Of a stretch of DNA of 64,000 nt, positions 20,064-29,959 are shown one piece after another. The notes below the pieces were generated by a model. That model made no database searches, was not told where the DNA came from, and was given only the letters and a program-made list of their open reading frames with translations. The stretch is from an uncultured delta proteobacterium (GTDB taxonomy: Bacteria > Desulfobacterota > RBG-13-43-22): NCBI GenBank assembly GCA_963843145.1, contig CAWJJC010000027.1:288001-352000 (forward strand). The letters are read 5' to 3'. Both the position numbers and the translations under genes were made by a program. Position 1 is the stretch's first letter; every line of letters starts with the position of its first letter.

Positions 20064-22259
20064 TCAGCCAATCCGTTTCATGAGTCGTGCAGGTCGAGCG
20101 CCGATCGAGCCGGTTGGTAGTGGAGTCCTCCTAACCGGCTGACAATGATGCGCAGGGGACTTGCCCGTTTGAGGGGATGCGGGTCTTGACCGCTCAACGA
20201 TTGGGCCGGTTCCCTTGCCTTTTTCCAGTGCTGTTCTGACTTTGTAGGCCAGGTCCCTCATCGAGAAGGGCTTGGGGATAAACTGTACACCTTCCTCGAT
20301 CATGCCCCGCTGGGCGATCACGTCAGCGGTGTAGCCGGACATAAACAGGCACTTAATCCCCGGTCTGATTTTCTTAACTTCTTCCGCCAAGTGCCGGCCG
20401 CTCATTTCGGGCAGGATAACATCGGTCAACAGCAGGTGGATCTCCCCGGTGTATTCCTCAAGCAAATGCAGGGCCTCCCCCGGTGCGCCTGCGGACAGTA
20501 CGGTATAGCCCAACTTCTCGAGGATCTCGCTGGCGAGCTTGAGCAGTGAGACCTCGTCCTCCACCACCAGCACGGTCTCGCCGCGGCTTAGCGGGAACTC
20601 GCCCTCGCTGTCCTTCTGAGTCTCGACGGTCTGGCCCGCCTGCCGGGGCAGATAAATTTTAAAGGTCGTTCCTTCCCTTGGTTCACTGTAGACGTTGATG
20701 AAGCCGTTGTTCTGCTTGACGATGCCGTAAACCGTGGCCAGCCCCAAACCGGTTCCCTGCCCTACTTCCTTGGTAGTAAAAAACGGCTCAAAAATCCGGT
20801 CGAGGGTTTTCTTATCCATGCCGCAGCCATCGTCGCTTACGGCCAGCAGCGCATACTCCCCCGTCACAAACCCCGGGTGATCGGCGCAGTAGGCCTGGTC
20901 AAAGGCGGCATTTCCCGTTTCGATGGTCACCTTGCCGACTTGGGCAATGGCGTCCCGGGCGTTGACCAACAGATTGGCCAGGAGCTGTTCGATCTGGGTG
21001 GGGTCCATCTTGACCGGCCACAGGCCCGACCCCGGCAGGAAAACAAGATCGAGGTCTTCGCCGATCAGCCGCCTGAGCATCTTGAGCATAGCCTCCACGG
21101 TCTGGTTCAGGTCGAGCACCTTTGGGTCGATCGTCTGCTTGCGGGCAAAGGCCAGCAATTGCCGAATGATGCCTGTGGAACGCCTGACGGCATTCAAGAT
21201 TTCCTCGAGATAGGCATGAACGGGATGGTCCGGTTCCACCTTGCCCAGTGCCATCTCCGCATAACCGAGAATCACGCCGAGTATGTTGTTGAAATCATGG
21301 GCCACGCCGCCCGCCAGCCGACCTACCGCTTCCAACTTCTGGGAGTGGTTTAATTGCAACTGCAACTTCTCTCGCTCCTCCTCGGCTTGCTTGCGCTGGG
21401 TTGTGTCGCGAATATTACATTGCACTACACTTGACCTGTCAACGAGATAGATATCCGAATTGATACGCTTCCCAGACTTGGCTGTTATCGTGATATCCTT
21501 GTAAGTGATAATGCCCCTCAGGTCTAATTTGTTAAGTACTCCTGTAAAATCCAGCAGATCGATCATAACACCAATATCTTCCAGCTTACCGCCTATGAGT
21601 TCCTTTGCGGAAAATCCCAACATCTCTTCGGTGGCCTTATTAAAATTGGTTATTTTCCCTTCGCTTTTCTCGAGAAGCACGATCCCGTCGCTTGCCGTCT
21701 CAAAAAGCCGTCTGAATAGTTCTTCAGAGTCTCCTAAAATCTTTTCCCGGTGCTGGCGTTCGGTGATGTCCTCAATAGCCAGGAGGATGATCCCCTCTTT
21801 TCCCGACTCACTTTCAATCTGCCTGGCATTCAAAAGCAATATGCGCCTGCCCAGGGTATCAAAATCGTATTCAACCACAAAGTTATCAAAGGCCGTCTTT
21901 TGAGGAAGGATGGTTTCCAGCAGTTTCCGCAACTCAGGGATATCCCATTGTTTATTTCCCAGGTCATAAATTAACTGCCCCTTAGTCTCTTCCGCTTTTA
22001 CCTTGAAGCGTTCATAGAAGGACCGGTTGGCGGAAATCACCCTAAGATTTTGATTCAAAACGATTAAGGGTTCATGCAGGGTGTTGAGGATGCTCTCGGC
22101 ATAGCGCTTGGCCTCCTCAACCGCAAGCTCGACCGACCTATTCTCGCTTAGTAATTCTTCCAGCGCGACATTTTGCGCACGCAATTCGGTCAATTCATGA
22201 AAGAGTTGCTCTCTTGTTTTACCATCATCTTTCATTCGGCTCTGATTCTGGATAGGCAT
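20064..22259 (-). CDS. PAS-PAS hybrid histidine kinase with REC
   Basis: [32 protein letters not shown]; low-complexity C-terminal tail. Confidence 0.9.
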   Translation of the reverse strand: MPIQNQSRMKDDGKTREQLFHELTELRAQNVALEELLSENRSVELAVEEAKRYAESILNTLHEPLIVLNQNLRVISANRSFYERFKVKAEETKGQLIYDLGNKQWDIPELRKLLETILPQKTAFDNFVVEYDFDTLGRRILLLNARQIESESGKEGIILLAIEDITERQHREKILGDSEELFRRLFETASDGIVLLEKSEGKITNFNKATEEMLGFSAKELIGGKLEDIGVMIDLLDFTGVLNKLDLRGIITYKDITITAKSGKRINSDIYLVDRSSVVQCNIRDTTQRKQAEEEREKLQLQLNHSQKLEAVGRLAGGVAHDFNNILGVILGYAEMALGKVEPDHPVHAYLEEILNAVRRSTGIIRQLLAFARKQTIDPKVLDLNQTVEAMLKMLRRLIGEDLDLVFLPGSGLWPVKMDPTQIEQLLANLLVNARDAIAQVGKVTIETGNAAFDQAYCADHPGFVTGEYALLAVSDDGCGMDKKTLDRIFEPFFTTKEVGQGTGLGLATVYGIVKQNNGFINVYSEPREGTTFKIYLPRQAGQTVETQKDSEGEFPLSRGETVLVVEDEVSLLKLASEILEKLGYTVLSAGAPGEALHLLEEYTGEIHLLLTDVILPEMSGRHLAEEVKKIRPGIKCLFMSGYTADVIAQRGMIEEGVQFIPKPFSMRDLAYKVRTALEKGKGTGPIVERSRPASPQTGKSPAHHCQPVRRTPLPTGSIGARPARLMKRIG

Positions 22260-22294
22260 AGTTCACCTCTTTTCCTTTTCCGCTAAGATTGGTT

Positions 22295-22597
22295 TTAAAC
22301 GGAACGGAAACTTTCCCTGGTCTCGCTCAACTTGGCCTTGACGCTGTCTCCTTGTTCTACTCCGAAAGTACTCTCGGTTTTTATATCCGTAAACAGCGGC
22401 AAGGGCATTTGACCATTGATTCGCTCCTGCATCCCAATAAAAATGATTCCTAATCGCCTTCCTTCTTTTTCGAGCTTTTTGATCAGGTCCTTTTCCCGGG
22501 GCTTGGCCGCGTTTCTTTTTTGGTGTCCGATCCTCGCGCGCTTGCCGTCCTCAGGTCGGGTCAAGACTGCTGAAACTGCCTGGCTTTTATCGTCCAT
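22295..22597 (-). CDS. Hypothetical protein downstream of gvpJ
   Basis: 100-aa ORF with GGAGG RBS, co-oriented with the gvp cluster. Confidence 0.55.
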   Translation of the reverse strand: MDDKSQAVSAVLTRPEDGKRARIGHQKRNAAKPREKDLIKKLEKEGRRLGIIFIGMQERINGQMPLPLFTDIKTESTFGVEQGDSVKAKLSETRESFRSV

Positions 22598-22638
22598 GTC
22601 ATTCCTCCAGGTTTAGTTCTATGGTTTTGCCTTTTCAC

Positions 22639-22938
22639 TTAGACGGCGGCCTCCAGCCTGGCTATTCTTTCCTCCATCTTACCCCAAGAGCTTGTTTCCT
22701 GTGCTAACTGGGCCTTAGAGCTGAAGGCCGGGTTGTTTACCCACCAGTCCATGCCCATTTCCTTGGCTTTATCAACGGAACAGATAACCAGTCGGATCTG
22801 GATCGTCAGCAACTCGACGTCGACGAGGTTGATCCTGATATCGCCGGCGATAACGATGCCTTTGTCCAGGATCCTTTCGAGAAGATCCGCCAAGTTCGTA
22901 CTTTCCAGAGAATGTCGAGCGCCGCGTTGGATTGCCAT
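22639..22938 (-). CDS. gvpJ: Gas vesicle protein GvpJ (GvpA family)
   Basis: [19 protein letters not shown]...VELLTIQIRLVICSVDKAKEMGMDWW. Confidence 0.88.
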   Translation of the reverse strand: MAIQRGARHSLESTNLADLLERILDKGIVIAGDIRINLVDVELLTIQIRLVICSVDKAKEMGMDWWVNNPAFSSKAQLAQETSSWGKMEERIARLEAAV

Positions 22939-22966
22939 TTTCTTTTCCCCCTTTTTCAACCGCCTG

Positions 22967-23368
22967 CTATAAGATTTTCCCCAAAGGTCCCAAATCCAAA
23001 TTCAAATCCTCTTCTTCGAGACCGAATTCGCAGGAGATCCTTTTAATTTCCTCGGACTGCCGCATCAGGGTGAACCCGAGACGCTCAATCTCTTCATCCG
23101 TAAGGCCTCCCCCCTCAATCCTGCGGATCGCCTGCTTCTCCAGCAGTTCGTGGAGGAGTTTGACCACGGTCAGCACAAGTTGCGCCAGGCCATTTTTCTT
23201 TTTATCATGATCGAGGTTCAGCCGCCTTGAAGATACCCCCATGGCCCGCGGCGCCATGGTTTTTGCAAAATCGCTTATGGCCGGCGACTCCACCCTCCTT
23301 AAAAGACGCGAGGGGTCTCCTAACTCCTGACTCCTAACTCCTAACTCCTCACCTGTGCTCATGTTCAT
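22967..23368 (-). CDS. gvpK: Gas vesicle protein GvpK
   Basis: GLAQLVLTVVKLLHELLEKQAIRR...EEIERLG...DLNLDLGPLG. Confidence 0.93.
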   Translation of the reverse strand: MNMSTGEELGVRSQELGDPSRLLRRVESPAISDFAKTMAPRAMGVSSRRLNLDHDKKKNGLAQLVLTVVKLLHELLEKQAIRRIEGGGLTDEEIERLGFTLMRQSEEIKRISCEFGLEEEDLNLDLGPLGKIL

Positions 23369-23559
23369 CGTACCAGCCCTTCCTCCCGCCGGGCCGTTTC
23401 CACAGAGGTCAGGATGACCTGCAGGCCCAAGTAAACCAGATCGATGTCCGCGACCGAGATCATGACATCGCCCACGATCACAGCGCCCTTATTGAGGACC
23501 CGGTCCAGGACCTCGCAAAGACTCACGTGCTCCTTTTCATCCAGGGCATAATCAGGCAT
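23365..23559 (-). CDS. Gas vesicle protein, GvpA family (GvpS/GvpM-like)
   Basis: SLCEVLDRVLNKGAVIVGDVMISVADIDLVYLGLQVILTS. Confidence 0.88.
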   Translation of the reverse strand: MPDYALDEKEHVSLCEVLDRVLNKGAVIVGDVMISVADIDLVYLGLQVILTSVETARREEGLVR

Positions 23560-25639
23560 AGTGCACTTTACTTTCTATGATTTCGGGTTTGATTCGAATG
23601 CCTATATTTTCGATGTTTTTCGCGGTCTCCGGATTTTTGCCGATGCCCGCCCTGGCCCGCCCCTGAGGGAGGAGGGAACGACGACTTTTCCCCAATCTAC
23701 TTTTATCGTGGGAGGGATAAAGAAGCTGCCCGAGGGCCTGGAGATTTTCGATTCCCCGGGGATCGCTCTGCCAAAACACCACTGTCCGGCTTAGGCCGGA
23801 GAAAGCCGAGGCAAACCGGTCCTGGACGGCGGACTCCCGACGGAAAAGAGACGCGCAGAGGGGATCAAGGTCTTCGGGCGTGGCCATGTTCAAAAAAAGG
23901 CCGGCAACCGGAATGCCCAGACGTCCACAGGCGGCCACCAGATCCTTCGTTTCCGCCAAGGACATCTCCGAGAGGATACTGACGGGGTAAAGGGCCGCTT
24001 GGGCCGGATCGCGCAAAATTGCCCGCAAACGCTTAAGGTCCTTGGATAGTCTGACCAGGCGTTGAGAAATCACCGGCAATTGGAAGATTTTCCGGTACTT
24101 CAGCAAGAGATTAAATAACGCCTTCAACCATTTTTCGATGTTCTCCGGCAATTCCAAAAGTCGGATCAGGTGACCTGTCGGCGCCGCGTCGAGGACCAGG
24201 AGATCGTAGCCCTTCGGGGTCAGGAAATCCATCACCGCCGCCAAAGCCATTAGTTCATCGATCCCCGGGGGCGACAGGTCCATAATCCGTTCCATGACCT
24301 CCCGATCAAAAGCCAAATCGAGATTCGGCATCAACTGCGAGAGAAATTGCGACAGGTCCTTCCGGTACTGATTTTTCAGGGCATCAAAATCGGCTCTGGC
24401 GTCCATTTCCATGGCCCAGAGCCCCGGCGCTGCCTGCTGTGGCTGGGGACCGAGCGGCAGGGCCAGACAATCGGCCAGGGAATGGGCGGGATCGGCGGAA
24501 AAAAGTAGAATTCGTTTTCCCGGATAGATCTCGGCCAGACGCAGTGCGGTGGCGCAAGCCAGGGTGGTCTTGCCGACCCCTCCTTTACCGGCAAAGACGA
24601 GCAGGGCCTTATCCGGCGGCGGCCAGGAGATCGGGTTGGTCACGCGCGGAGGTACCGGAGGCAGGAGCGGCTGTCCCTCCCCGGGAGACGGGGCCAATTC
24701 CCTCACCCCAGTCCAGAAGGACCGCAGTGCTTTCCGGCCTCTGATTTCCTGGGGAACCATGGGAATCCCCCAGAGCAGGAGGTCGGAAAAAGCCGGTTCG
24801 CCGAAGATGCGGGCCAACTCCCGCAACTGGTGTGAGCGGATTTGGCGGCAGAGCAAACACTTGCTTTCCGGATAAAGACGGTTGATGATCACATCCGTGA
24901 TGCCGATACCGCGGCGCCGCAATTCCCGGATCAGATCTCGAGTCTCCTCGATACACAGGGCCTCGGCCAGCATGACCGGGACAAAGAGGCAACGCTGGTG
25001 GTCCTTGAGGAGTTTTTCCGTTTCCTGGACGGAGGCGGCGAGTCCTTCGATGAAATGATCGAGATCATCCCGCTCATAGAATCCCCGGAAAAGTTTCTTC
25101 ATATAACGATGTTTGGCCAGGAGGGCGTCAAGGGCCTCCAGCCAGGTCCGAATCAGCGCGGGCATCTCCATGAGGCGCAGGGTATGTCCCGTCGGCGCCG
25201 TATCCATGATAATCCGATCATAGGTCCCTTGCTTGACCCAGCGGCTGATCTCCAGGAAGGCTATCAATTCATCCATTCCCGGAAGAGAAAGTCCCAAAAA
25301 GCGATTGAGGTCCTCCTCATCCAGGAAGGTCCCGCGGGAGGCGATTTCCATGAGCCGCTGTTTATTTTTTTCCTGGAAGGTGTTGAGCTGGGCCTGAGCG
25401 TCCAATTCCAGGACCTTCAGATTGGGCGGCGGCGTGGCCCCGGCGAAGCTGTCTTGAAGAGAATGGGCCGGATCGGTGGAGACCAGGAGCAGGGAGCTTT
25501 GGGAATATTGGACGGCGAGATCAAGCGCCGCGGCCGCCGCGGCCGTTGTTTTTCCCACCCCGCCTTTGCCGCCGAACAGCAGGACCTGCCTGTTTACCTC
25601 GGTCAAAAAACCCGGTTTCCCTGCCGCAGCGACCATCAA
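23552..25639 (-). CDS. Tandem-domain ArsA/Get3 (TRC40) family ATPase
   Basis: Two GKGGVGKTT Walker A motifs, two DPAHSL, DTAPTGH and DAAPTGH switch II motifs. Confidence 0.92.
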   Translation of the reverse strand: MMVAAAGKPGFLTEVNRQVLLFGGKGGVGKTTAAAAAALDLAVQYSQSSLLLVSTDPAHSLQDSFAGATPPPNLKVLELDAQAQLNTFQEKNKQRLMEIASRGTFLDEEDLNRFLGLSLPGMDELIAFLEISRWVKQGTYDRIIMDTAPTGHTLRLMEMPALIRTWLEALDALLAKHRYMKKLFRGFYERDDLDHFIEGLAASVQETEKLLKDHQRCLFVPVMLAEALCIEETRDLIRELRRRGIGITDVIINRLYPESKCLLCRQIRSHQLRELARIFGEPAFSDLLLWGIPMVPQEIRGRKALRSFWTGVRELAPSPGEGQPLLPPVPPRVTNPISWPPPDKALLVFAGKGGVGKTTLACATALRLAEIYPGKRILLFSADPAHSLADCLALPLGPQPQQAAPGLWAMEMDARADFDALKNQYRKDLSQFLSQLMPNLDLAFDREVMERIMDLSPPGIDELMALAAVMDFLTPKGYDLLVLDAAPTGHLIRLLELPENIEKWLKALFNLLLKYRKIFQLPVISQRLVRLSKDLKRLRAILRDPAQAALYPVSILSEMSLAETKDLVAACGRLGIPVAGLFLNMATPEDLDPLCASLFRRESAVQDRFASAFSGLSRTVVFWQSDPRGIENLQALGQLLYPSHDKSRLGKSRRSLLPQGRARAGIGKNPETAKNIENIGIRIKPEIIESKVHYA

Positions 25640-25706
25640 TCCTTACCCCCCGGTGAGTAGCCTTCAAAAATCCAAACAGGTTATTCATTTTGATTTTCAC
25701 TTCTAT

Positions 25707-25985
25707 CTAATGGATCACAAGACGCTCGTCTTCGCCGTCCTCTTCTTCCTCGCTGCCCTCCCCTTCCTTGATGGCGTCGAGCCGGTCGAGGAGGACCTTT
25801 TCCGCGGCGTCGAATTCCTCTTCAGTCATCTTGTCCGTTTCCAGCATCATATACAGTTCGCTCAACTGGGCGGTGATCCTGTCGGCCTCCCCGGCCTGTT
25901 CCTCCCGGGCGGCGTTGAGGATCTCGTTAAAGACCCAGTACAATCCCTTAAAGGGAGAGATCAAGATATCGTCGACGATGAACAT
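25707..25985 (-). CDS. gvpG: Gas vesicle protein GvpG
   Basis: DDILISPFKGLYWVFNEI...LSELYMMLE...EEEFDAAEKVLLDRL. Confidence 0.88.
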   Translation of the reverse strand: MFIVDDILISPFKGLYWVFNEILNAAREEQAGEADRITAQLSELYMMLETDKMTEEEFDAAEKVLLDRLDAIKEGEGSEEEEDGEDERLVIH

Positions 25986-26016
25986 ATCGTTCCTCTCTTC
26001 CTGCCCGGACCGGTCC

Positions 26017-26778
26017 TCACAACCTCAGCTCCACGTCCACGAAGTGGTGAGGGGCCCAGGGGCCGTTGAAATCGAAGGAAAAATTGTTGTCGAACCCGCC
26101 GGCCGCCTCGAAGATGGCCGCCTCGAAGGCCTTCTCGACCACTTCCCGCTTTACCAGGCAGGCCAGGTTCATGACCTCTTGTTCGTTCCGGGAGATGTTC
26201 CTCTTGATTTCAGCACAGCAGGAAGACAGGATCGACTCGACTCTTTCCGTGTGTTCCTCCCGATCTTCCTGAAGGACCCGGTCGAAAAGACGCCCGACTT
26301 CGATTTTATCTTCCTGAGAGGGGACACGATTGCTGCCGAGGAAATGATCCCTGGCCGCCCGGATCTCGGCATGGGTGTTAACGAAATACTCAAAAATATT
26401 CGGCACATCCCAGCTCACCCGTAACCCCATCTCCACTTTGCCCTGCACCCGGCGAAGCTGTTCGGCGAATGCTTTCCGGTTCAGGGACAAGATGCGTTTG
26501 ATCTCCTTGGCCCCTTCGGCGATAATGCCGAAAGTGATGGGTAAGGGGGTCTCATCCGCCATGAGGCGTTTCAGAACGGCCTGGTGGGCCCCGATATGAC
26601 GGCGTTCCGGACGAATTTTCCCATTGCTGAAATTACTGACCACCGCGCCGACCTGGTTATCGGCTATGAGGAAGACCTGTTCTCCCTCGATGCCGATAGG
26701 ACCGTACTCCCGGTCCCCTGCCGCCGGGATGACGGCATAGAGATATTTCCCTTCCTTATTCGTTTTCACTGCGCCCAT
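26017..26778 (-). CDS. gvpF: Gas vesicle protein GvpF/GvpL family
   Basis: YLYAVI, HQAVL, PITFG, VEMGLRVSW, GPWAPHHFV. Confidence 0.92.
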   Translation of the reverse strand: MGAVKTNKEGKYLYAVIPAAGDREYGPIGIEGEQVFLIADNQVGAVVSNFSNGKIRPERRHIGAHQAVLKRLMADETPLPITFGIIAEGAKEIKRILSLNRKAFAEQLRRVQGKVEMGLRVSWDVPNIFEYFVNTHAEIRAARDHFLGSNRVPSQEDKIEVGRLFDRVLQEDREEHTERVESILSSCCAEIKRNISRNEQEVMNLACLVKREVVEKAFEAAIFEAAGGFDNNFSFDFNGPWAPHHFVDVELRL

Positions 26779-26947
26779 CTGGCCGTCTCCCTTATTCTAT
26801 TCCGACTCGGAATATACGCCTCGAACGGCTTCGCCGCCGGAGTCGCCCGGTCTACCGTCGTTGTTGTCGGCCGGGTCGCCTGCCCGGTACTTCGAGATTC
26901 CCAGCTCCGTGCGTTGACAGCCGGGCCGGCGGGAATGACTATCCGGT

Positions 26948-27130
26948 TTAAAGCTCGGCTTCGCCGTCACGCATCAGTTTAAGGAATTTGAGCGACCTGA
27001 GACGGCCTTCATCCAAACAAACCTCCAACAGGGCGCTGCAGACATAACACTTGATCTGCCCTGCGTAATCGCTGTAAACCTCATCATCCAGCTCCAGGCT
27101 GAAACCGCAGGATAGACAATTGATCTTCAT
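26948..27130 (-). CDS. Small zinc-ribbon protein (CxxC...CxxC)
   Basis: MKINCLSCGFSLELDDEVYSDYAGQIKCYVCSALLEV; AAGGAAGG RBS. Confidence 0.7.
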   Translation of the reverse strand: MKINCLSCGFSLELDDEVYSDYAGQIKCYVCSALLEVCLDEGRLRSLKFLKLMRDGEAEL

Positions 27131-27366
27131 GAGCTTATTTCCTTCCTTAATTGAAGTCGTTCCGCCTGCCCGCTCCATTGGTGGACCAGCCAGGAAAAAC
27201 GGATTCGCCGATTGACCAGGTCAGTGATTTCACGTCGGACCCGCCGCGCCTCTCCGGCGCCCAGGAAGAACCCCGAAGGCGTCCGGCAGGCCCGGTGACC
27301 CGGCAGGCAACGGTTCGTCGGAATGTGGTGTGAATCATAGATCGTCAGCATATCGTCCCCGCCCTT

Positions 27367-27691
27367 TCAGTATTTAATCTTGAATGGCCCTGTCGATGTT
27401 CGAGGCGCCACCGTCGTCGGAGGATCGTCTTGTGACCGGGGGGCGGCAGCGCCGAATCCCCTTGGCTTCCAGGGCCGTAACGATTCCCAGTCTTTCCGCC
27501 TCGATGTCTCGGAAGCGCTGATCAATATGCTGCACTTTTTCCAGGGCGCTCTGTTTCTCCTTTCCCCGACGGAACTTTTCCATTTCGAGGATACTGAGCT
27601 TCATATAAGCCTTGTAAGGAATCGTGCCTTCGTCCGCACGACCGGAGAGCGTTTTGATATCCTGTACGCCTCGCAAAATCTTCTTCGTCAT
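27367..27691 (-). CDS. GvpV-like gas vesicle accessory protein (frameshift near 27460)
   Basis: Directly after gvpN; AYMKLSILEMEKFRRGKE coiled coil; one G fewer in AAGGGGA gives the terminus PRTSTGPFKIKY*. Confidence 0.7.
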
Positions 27692-28686
27692 GGGCGTGCC
27701 TCTTTACCTTTCTCTTTGGTGGGTTTTGCGGACCCGCAGAAATGGTGGATCACTTCTTCCACCTTCTCCATCATAACCGGCTGACCGCCCCGGGTGACCT
27801 TGGCGGTATCCGTGGCCAGGACATCCCGGCAGATCATCTGAAAAAACAGATCATCCCCCCGAACGCGCCGTTTCTGAGAGGCCAGGATCCGGCCGATAGC
27901 GATCCCCGCCCGGATAGTGGGCCGATTATTATTTACCCCGAAATTCCTCAATTCCCTGACGATGTCCACAATCCGCTCGACATCTTCCCGAGGGAGTCCT
28001 GACTTTTTCATGACGATCAGGCGTTCCGTATCCCGGTCATAGTGCTCCAACTGGATAGTAATCAGACGGTCCATCAGGGCATCCTGCGTCTTGTGGACCC
28101 CGGCGTATTCTTCGGGGTTGGAGGTAAAGATCGCCCGGAACTCGGGATGCACGGCCATGTATCCCTCTCCGGAGCGGCGTAGTTTCGGCAGATTCAGAAT
28201 CCCTTCGGAAAGGACACTCAACAGGGGGTTGTTGGCTTCCGGACGGGAACGATTGAATTCATCATAAATGAGGATTTCCCCGGTCTGACAGGCGGTGGTC
28301 AACCGGTTGTCCACCCAAAGGCTTTTCATTTCTTCCTCGGTCTTCAGGACCGAGTGAATATAATTGTCGATCAGTTTATTTTTTCTATATCCGGCGTCCT
28401 TGCCGACGAGATCGGAACTGCCGAATTCATCATCCCCGTGGATCAGGGTGACGGGACGTCCCAGTTGGGAGGCCACATGAAAGGCCAGGGTCGTTTTTCC
28501 CGTCCCCGCTACCCCGGAAAAATGGACGGGATACCCGGCGACCAGATAGGCTAAGGCCCGCTGGGTGACTTGGTCCACATAGGGAGAAGAAACAAAGGTG
28601 TCGCCGGCCTCGGGCTGAATGCTGTCTTCCCCGACCGCTACGCGCACAGTGGACGTGCTGACCGCTCTTAAGACATTTTTAGACAT
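27688..28686 (-). CDS. gvpN: Gas vesicle AAA+ ATPase GvpN
   Basis: GYPVHFSGVAGTGKTT, YDEFNRSRPEANN, FTSNPEEYAGVH, DALMDR. Confidence 0.95.
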   Translation of the reverse strand: MSKNVLRAVSTSTVRVAVGEDSIQPEAGDTFVSSPYVDQVTQRALAYLVAGYPVHFSGVAGTGKTTLAFHVASQLGRPVTLIHGDDEFGSSDLVGKDAGYRKNKLIDNYIHSVLKTEEEMKSLWVDNRLTTACQTGEILIYDEFNRSRPEANNPLLSVLSEGILNLPKLRRSGEGYMAVHPEFRAIFTSNPEEYAGVHKTQDALMDRLITIQLEHYDRDTERLIVMKKSGLPREDVERIVDIVRELRNFGVNNNRPTIRAGIAIGRILASQKRRVRGDDLFFQMICRDVLATDTAKVTRGGQPVMMEKVEEVIHHFCGSAKPTKEKGKEARP

Positions 28687-29062
28687 GAACTTCCTTCTCC
28701 TTCCAGATTTGATCGATAGTCCACCCGGTTCCCCGGCATTTCAAACAAGCCATGGCCGGGGCCGAGGCATCATCGCCCGTCCCCCGGCACTGGGGACAGG
28801 AAACCATAGGCCCCGCGGGCCGGGAGACAACCCCCTTCCCGCCGCAGGTGGTGCAGGTAAGCGTCTTGATGGCCCCCGAACCTTGGCAATGGGCGCAAGG
28901 GGCATAGGGCGTCTGAACCCGGACCTTCCCGCTTCCCCCGCAAACGCAACAGGCCGAAAGGGAAGACATGATCGCGAAAGGATCTTTGCCCCGACCGCGA
29001 CAAAAGGCGCAAGTCAGTTCCTCAAATACCACCGGGTCACGGCTTATGCGTGCTTGGACCAT
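28679..29062 (-). CDS. Stand-alone DnaJ-type zinc finger protein
   Basis: Six CxxCxGxG repeats, no J-domain HPD motif. Confidence 0.85.
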   Translation of the reverse strand: MVQARISRDPVVFEELTCAFCRGRGKDPFAIMSSLSACCVCGGSGKVRVQTPYAPCAHCQGSGAIKTLTCTTCGGKGVVSRPAGPMVSCPQCRGTGDDASAPAMACLKCRGTGWTIDQIWKEKEVHV

Positions 29063-29270
29063 ACCAGCCTCCTGAAGAACCTTTTTCCGACCGGGGAAAT
29101 GCGGGGTTTACTTCCTGCCCCATTTCGCCCTGGTCATCGCTTGGGCGGGCTTTTCACCCCGTTACTCTTCTCTTTATGTTTCTGAAACGGCATCGAGGCG
29201 CTGACAGACGGCCGGGCCTTGCTCTTGGGGATTTTGACCACGGGGCTTCAGGCGCTGCGATGCCTTCTTT

Positions 29271-29588
29271 TCATCTGTTTTCGGGGTTTTCATGAAGGGG
29301 ACCGGGGGCTTTCCCGCCTTGAACTCCGGCGCTGCCGGTCTTCTCCGGGCTGCCTCCACTAGGCCACGGTTCCTTTTTCGGAACGGGCCGTGATTTTCCC
29401 GGACCCTCGCCGCGCCAGGCAAGCCGGGCGCCCCTCAGGTCGTCCGCCGTCTCCCGGCGCAAGGCCGCAACTGCCCTGGTCAGATCCCCGGCTCCGCGCG
29501 TCAAATTATTCATCAGCGCGCCCCGGGCGTCCCGCAGGGCTTCAACCTCCCTGCGCAACCGCGTCAGGTCATTCGTCAACTGACCCAT
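29271..29588 (-). CDS. GvpC-like helical protein, copy 2 (low-complexity tail probably frameshifted and extending to about 29160)
   Basis: MGQLTNDLTRLRREVEALRDARGALM...ETADDLRGARLAW; paralog of 29960..30241; follows gvpA. Confidence 0.65.
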   Translation of the reverse strand: MGQLTNDLTRLRREVEALRDARGALMNNLTRGAGDLTRAVAALRRETADDLRGARLAWRGEGPGKSRPVPKKEPWPSGGSPEKTGSAGVQGGKAPGPLHENPENR

Positions 29589-29637
29589 AATTATCCTCCT
29601 CCTTTGACTTTGATCTTTTTCCGCCACCAGGGCCCCT

Positions 29638-29666
29638 AAAAGGCGAGGGCTTTTGGAGCCCCCGCC
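29638..29666 (-). terminator. Rho-independent terminator/stability hairpin after gvpA copy 2
   Basis: Minus strand GGCGGGGGCT-CCAAA-AGCCCTCGCC-TTTT. Confidence 0.7.
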
Positions 29667-29689
29667 CCGCGGGAATCCTTCTTTCAGTC

Positions 29690-29908
29690 TTAGGCAGGAG
29701 CGGCGGCGCTGGCCGTCAACCCAATGGCCTCGGCATACTTGAGATAAGTTTCAACCGAAGCAATCACTACCCTGGCCTCGATGGAAAGCAGTTCAATACC
29801 CACCAGAGAGACCTTCACCCAGGCGTCGATCACGATACCCTTGTCCAGTATGCGGTCGACAACTTCTGCCAAACTGGATGAATCCGTTGATTTCTGAACC
29901 TTAGCCAT
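29690..29908 (-). CDS. gvpA: Major gas vesicle structural protein GvpA, copy 2
   Basis: [64 protein letters not shown]. Confidence 0.97.
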   Translation of the reverse strand: MAKVQKSTDSSSLAEVVDRILDKGIVIDAWVKVSLVGIELLSIEARVVIASVETYLKYAEAIGLTASAAAPA

Positions 29909-29959
29909 AATCATTTCCTCCTTTTAATTCACAACAGGGTTAGCGTTTCATGATTCCTT

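Noticed and set aside
20064-20220. C-terminal tail of the hybrid kinase as an extra domain
   Set aside because: Low-complexity read-through after the REC domain with no recognisable motif; may reflect a lost stop near the island edge
23552-25639. Arsenic resistance operon
   Set aside because: Only an ArsA-family ATPase is present; there is no arsB/acr3, arsC, arsD or arsR, and it is embedded in gvp genes
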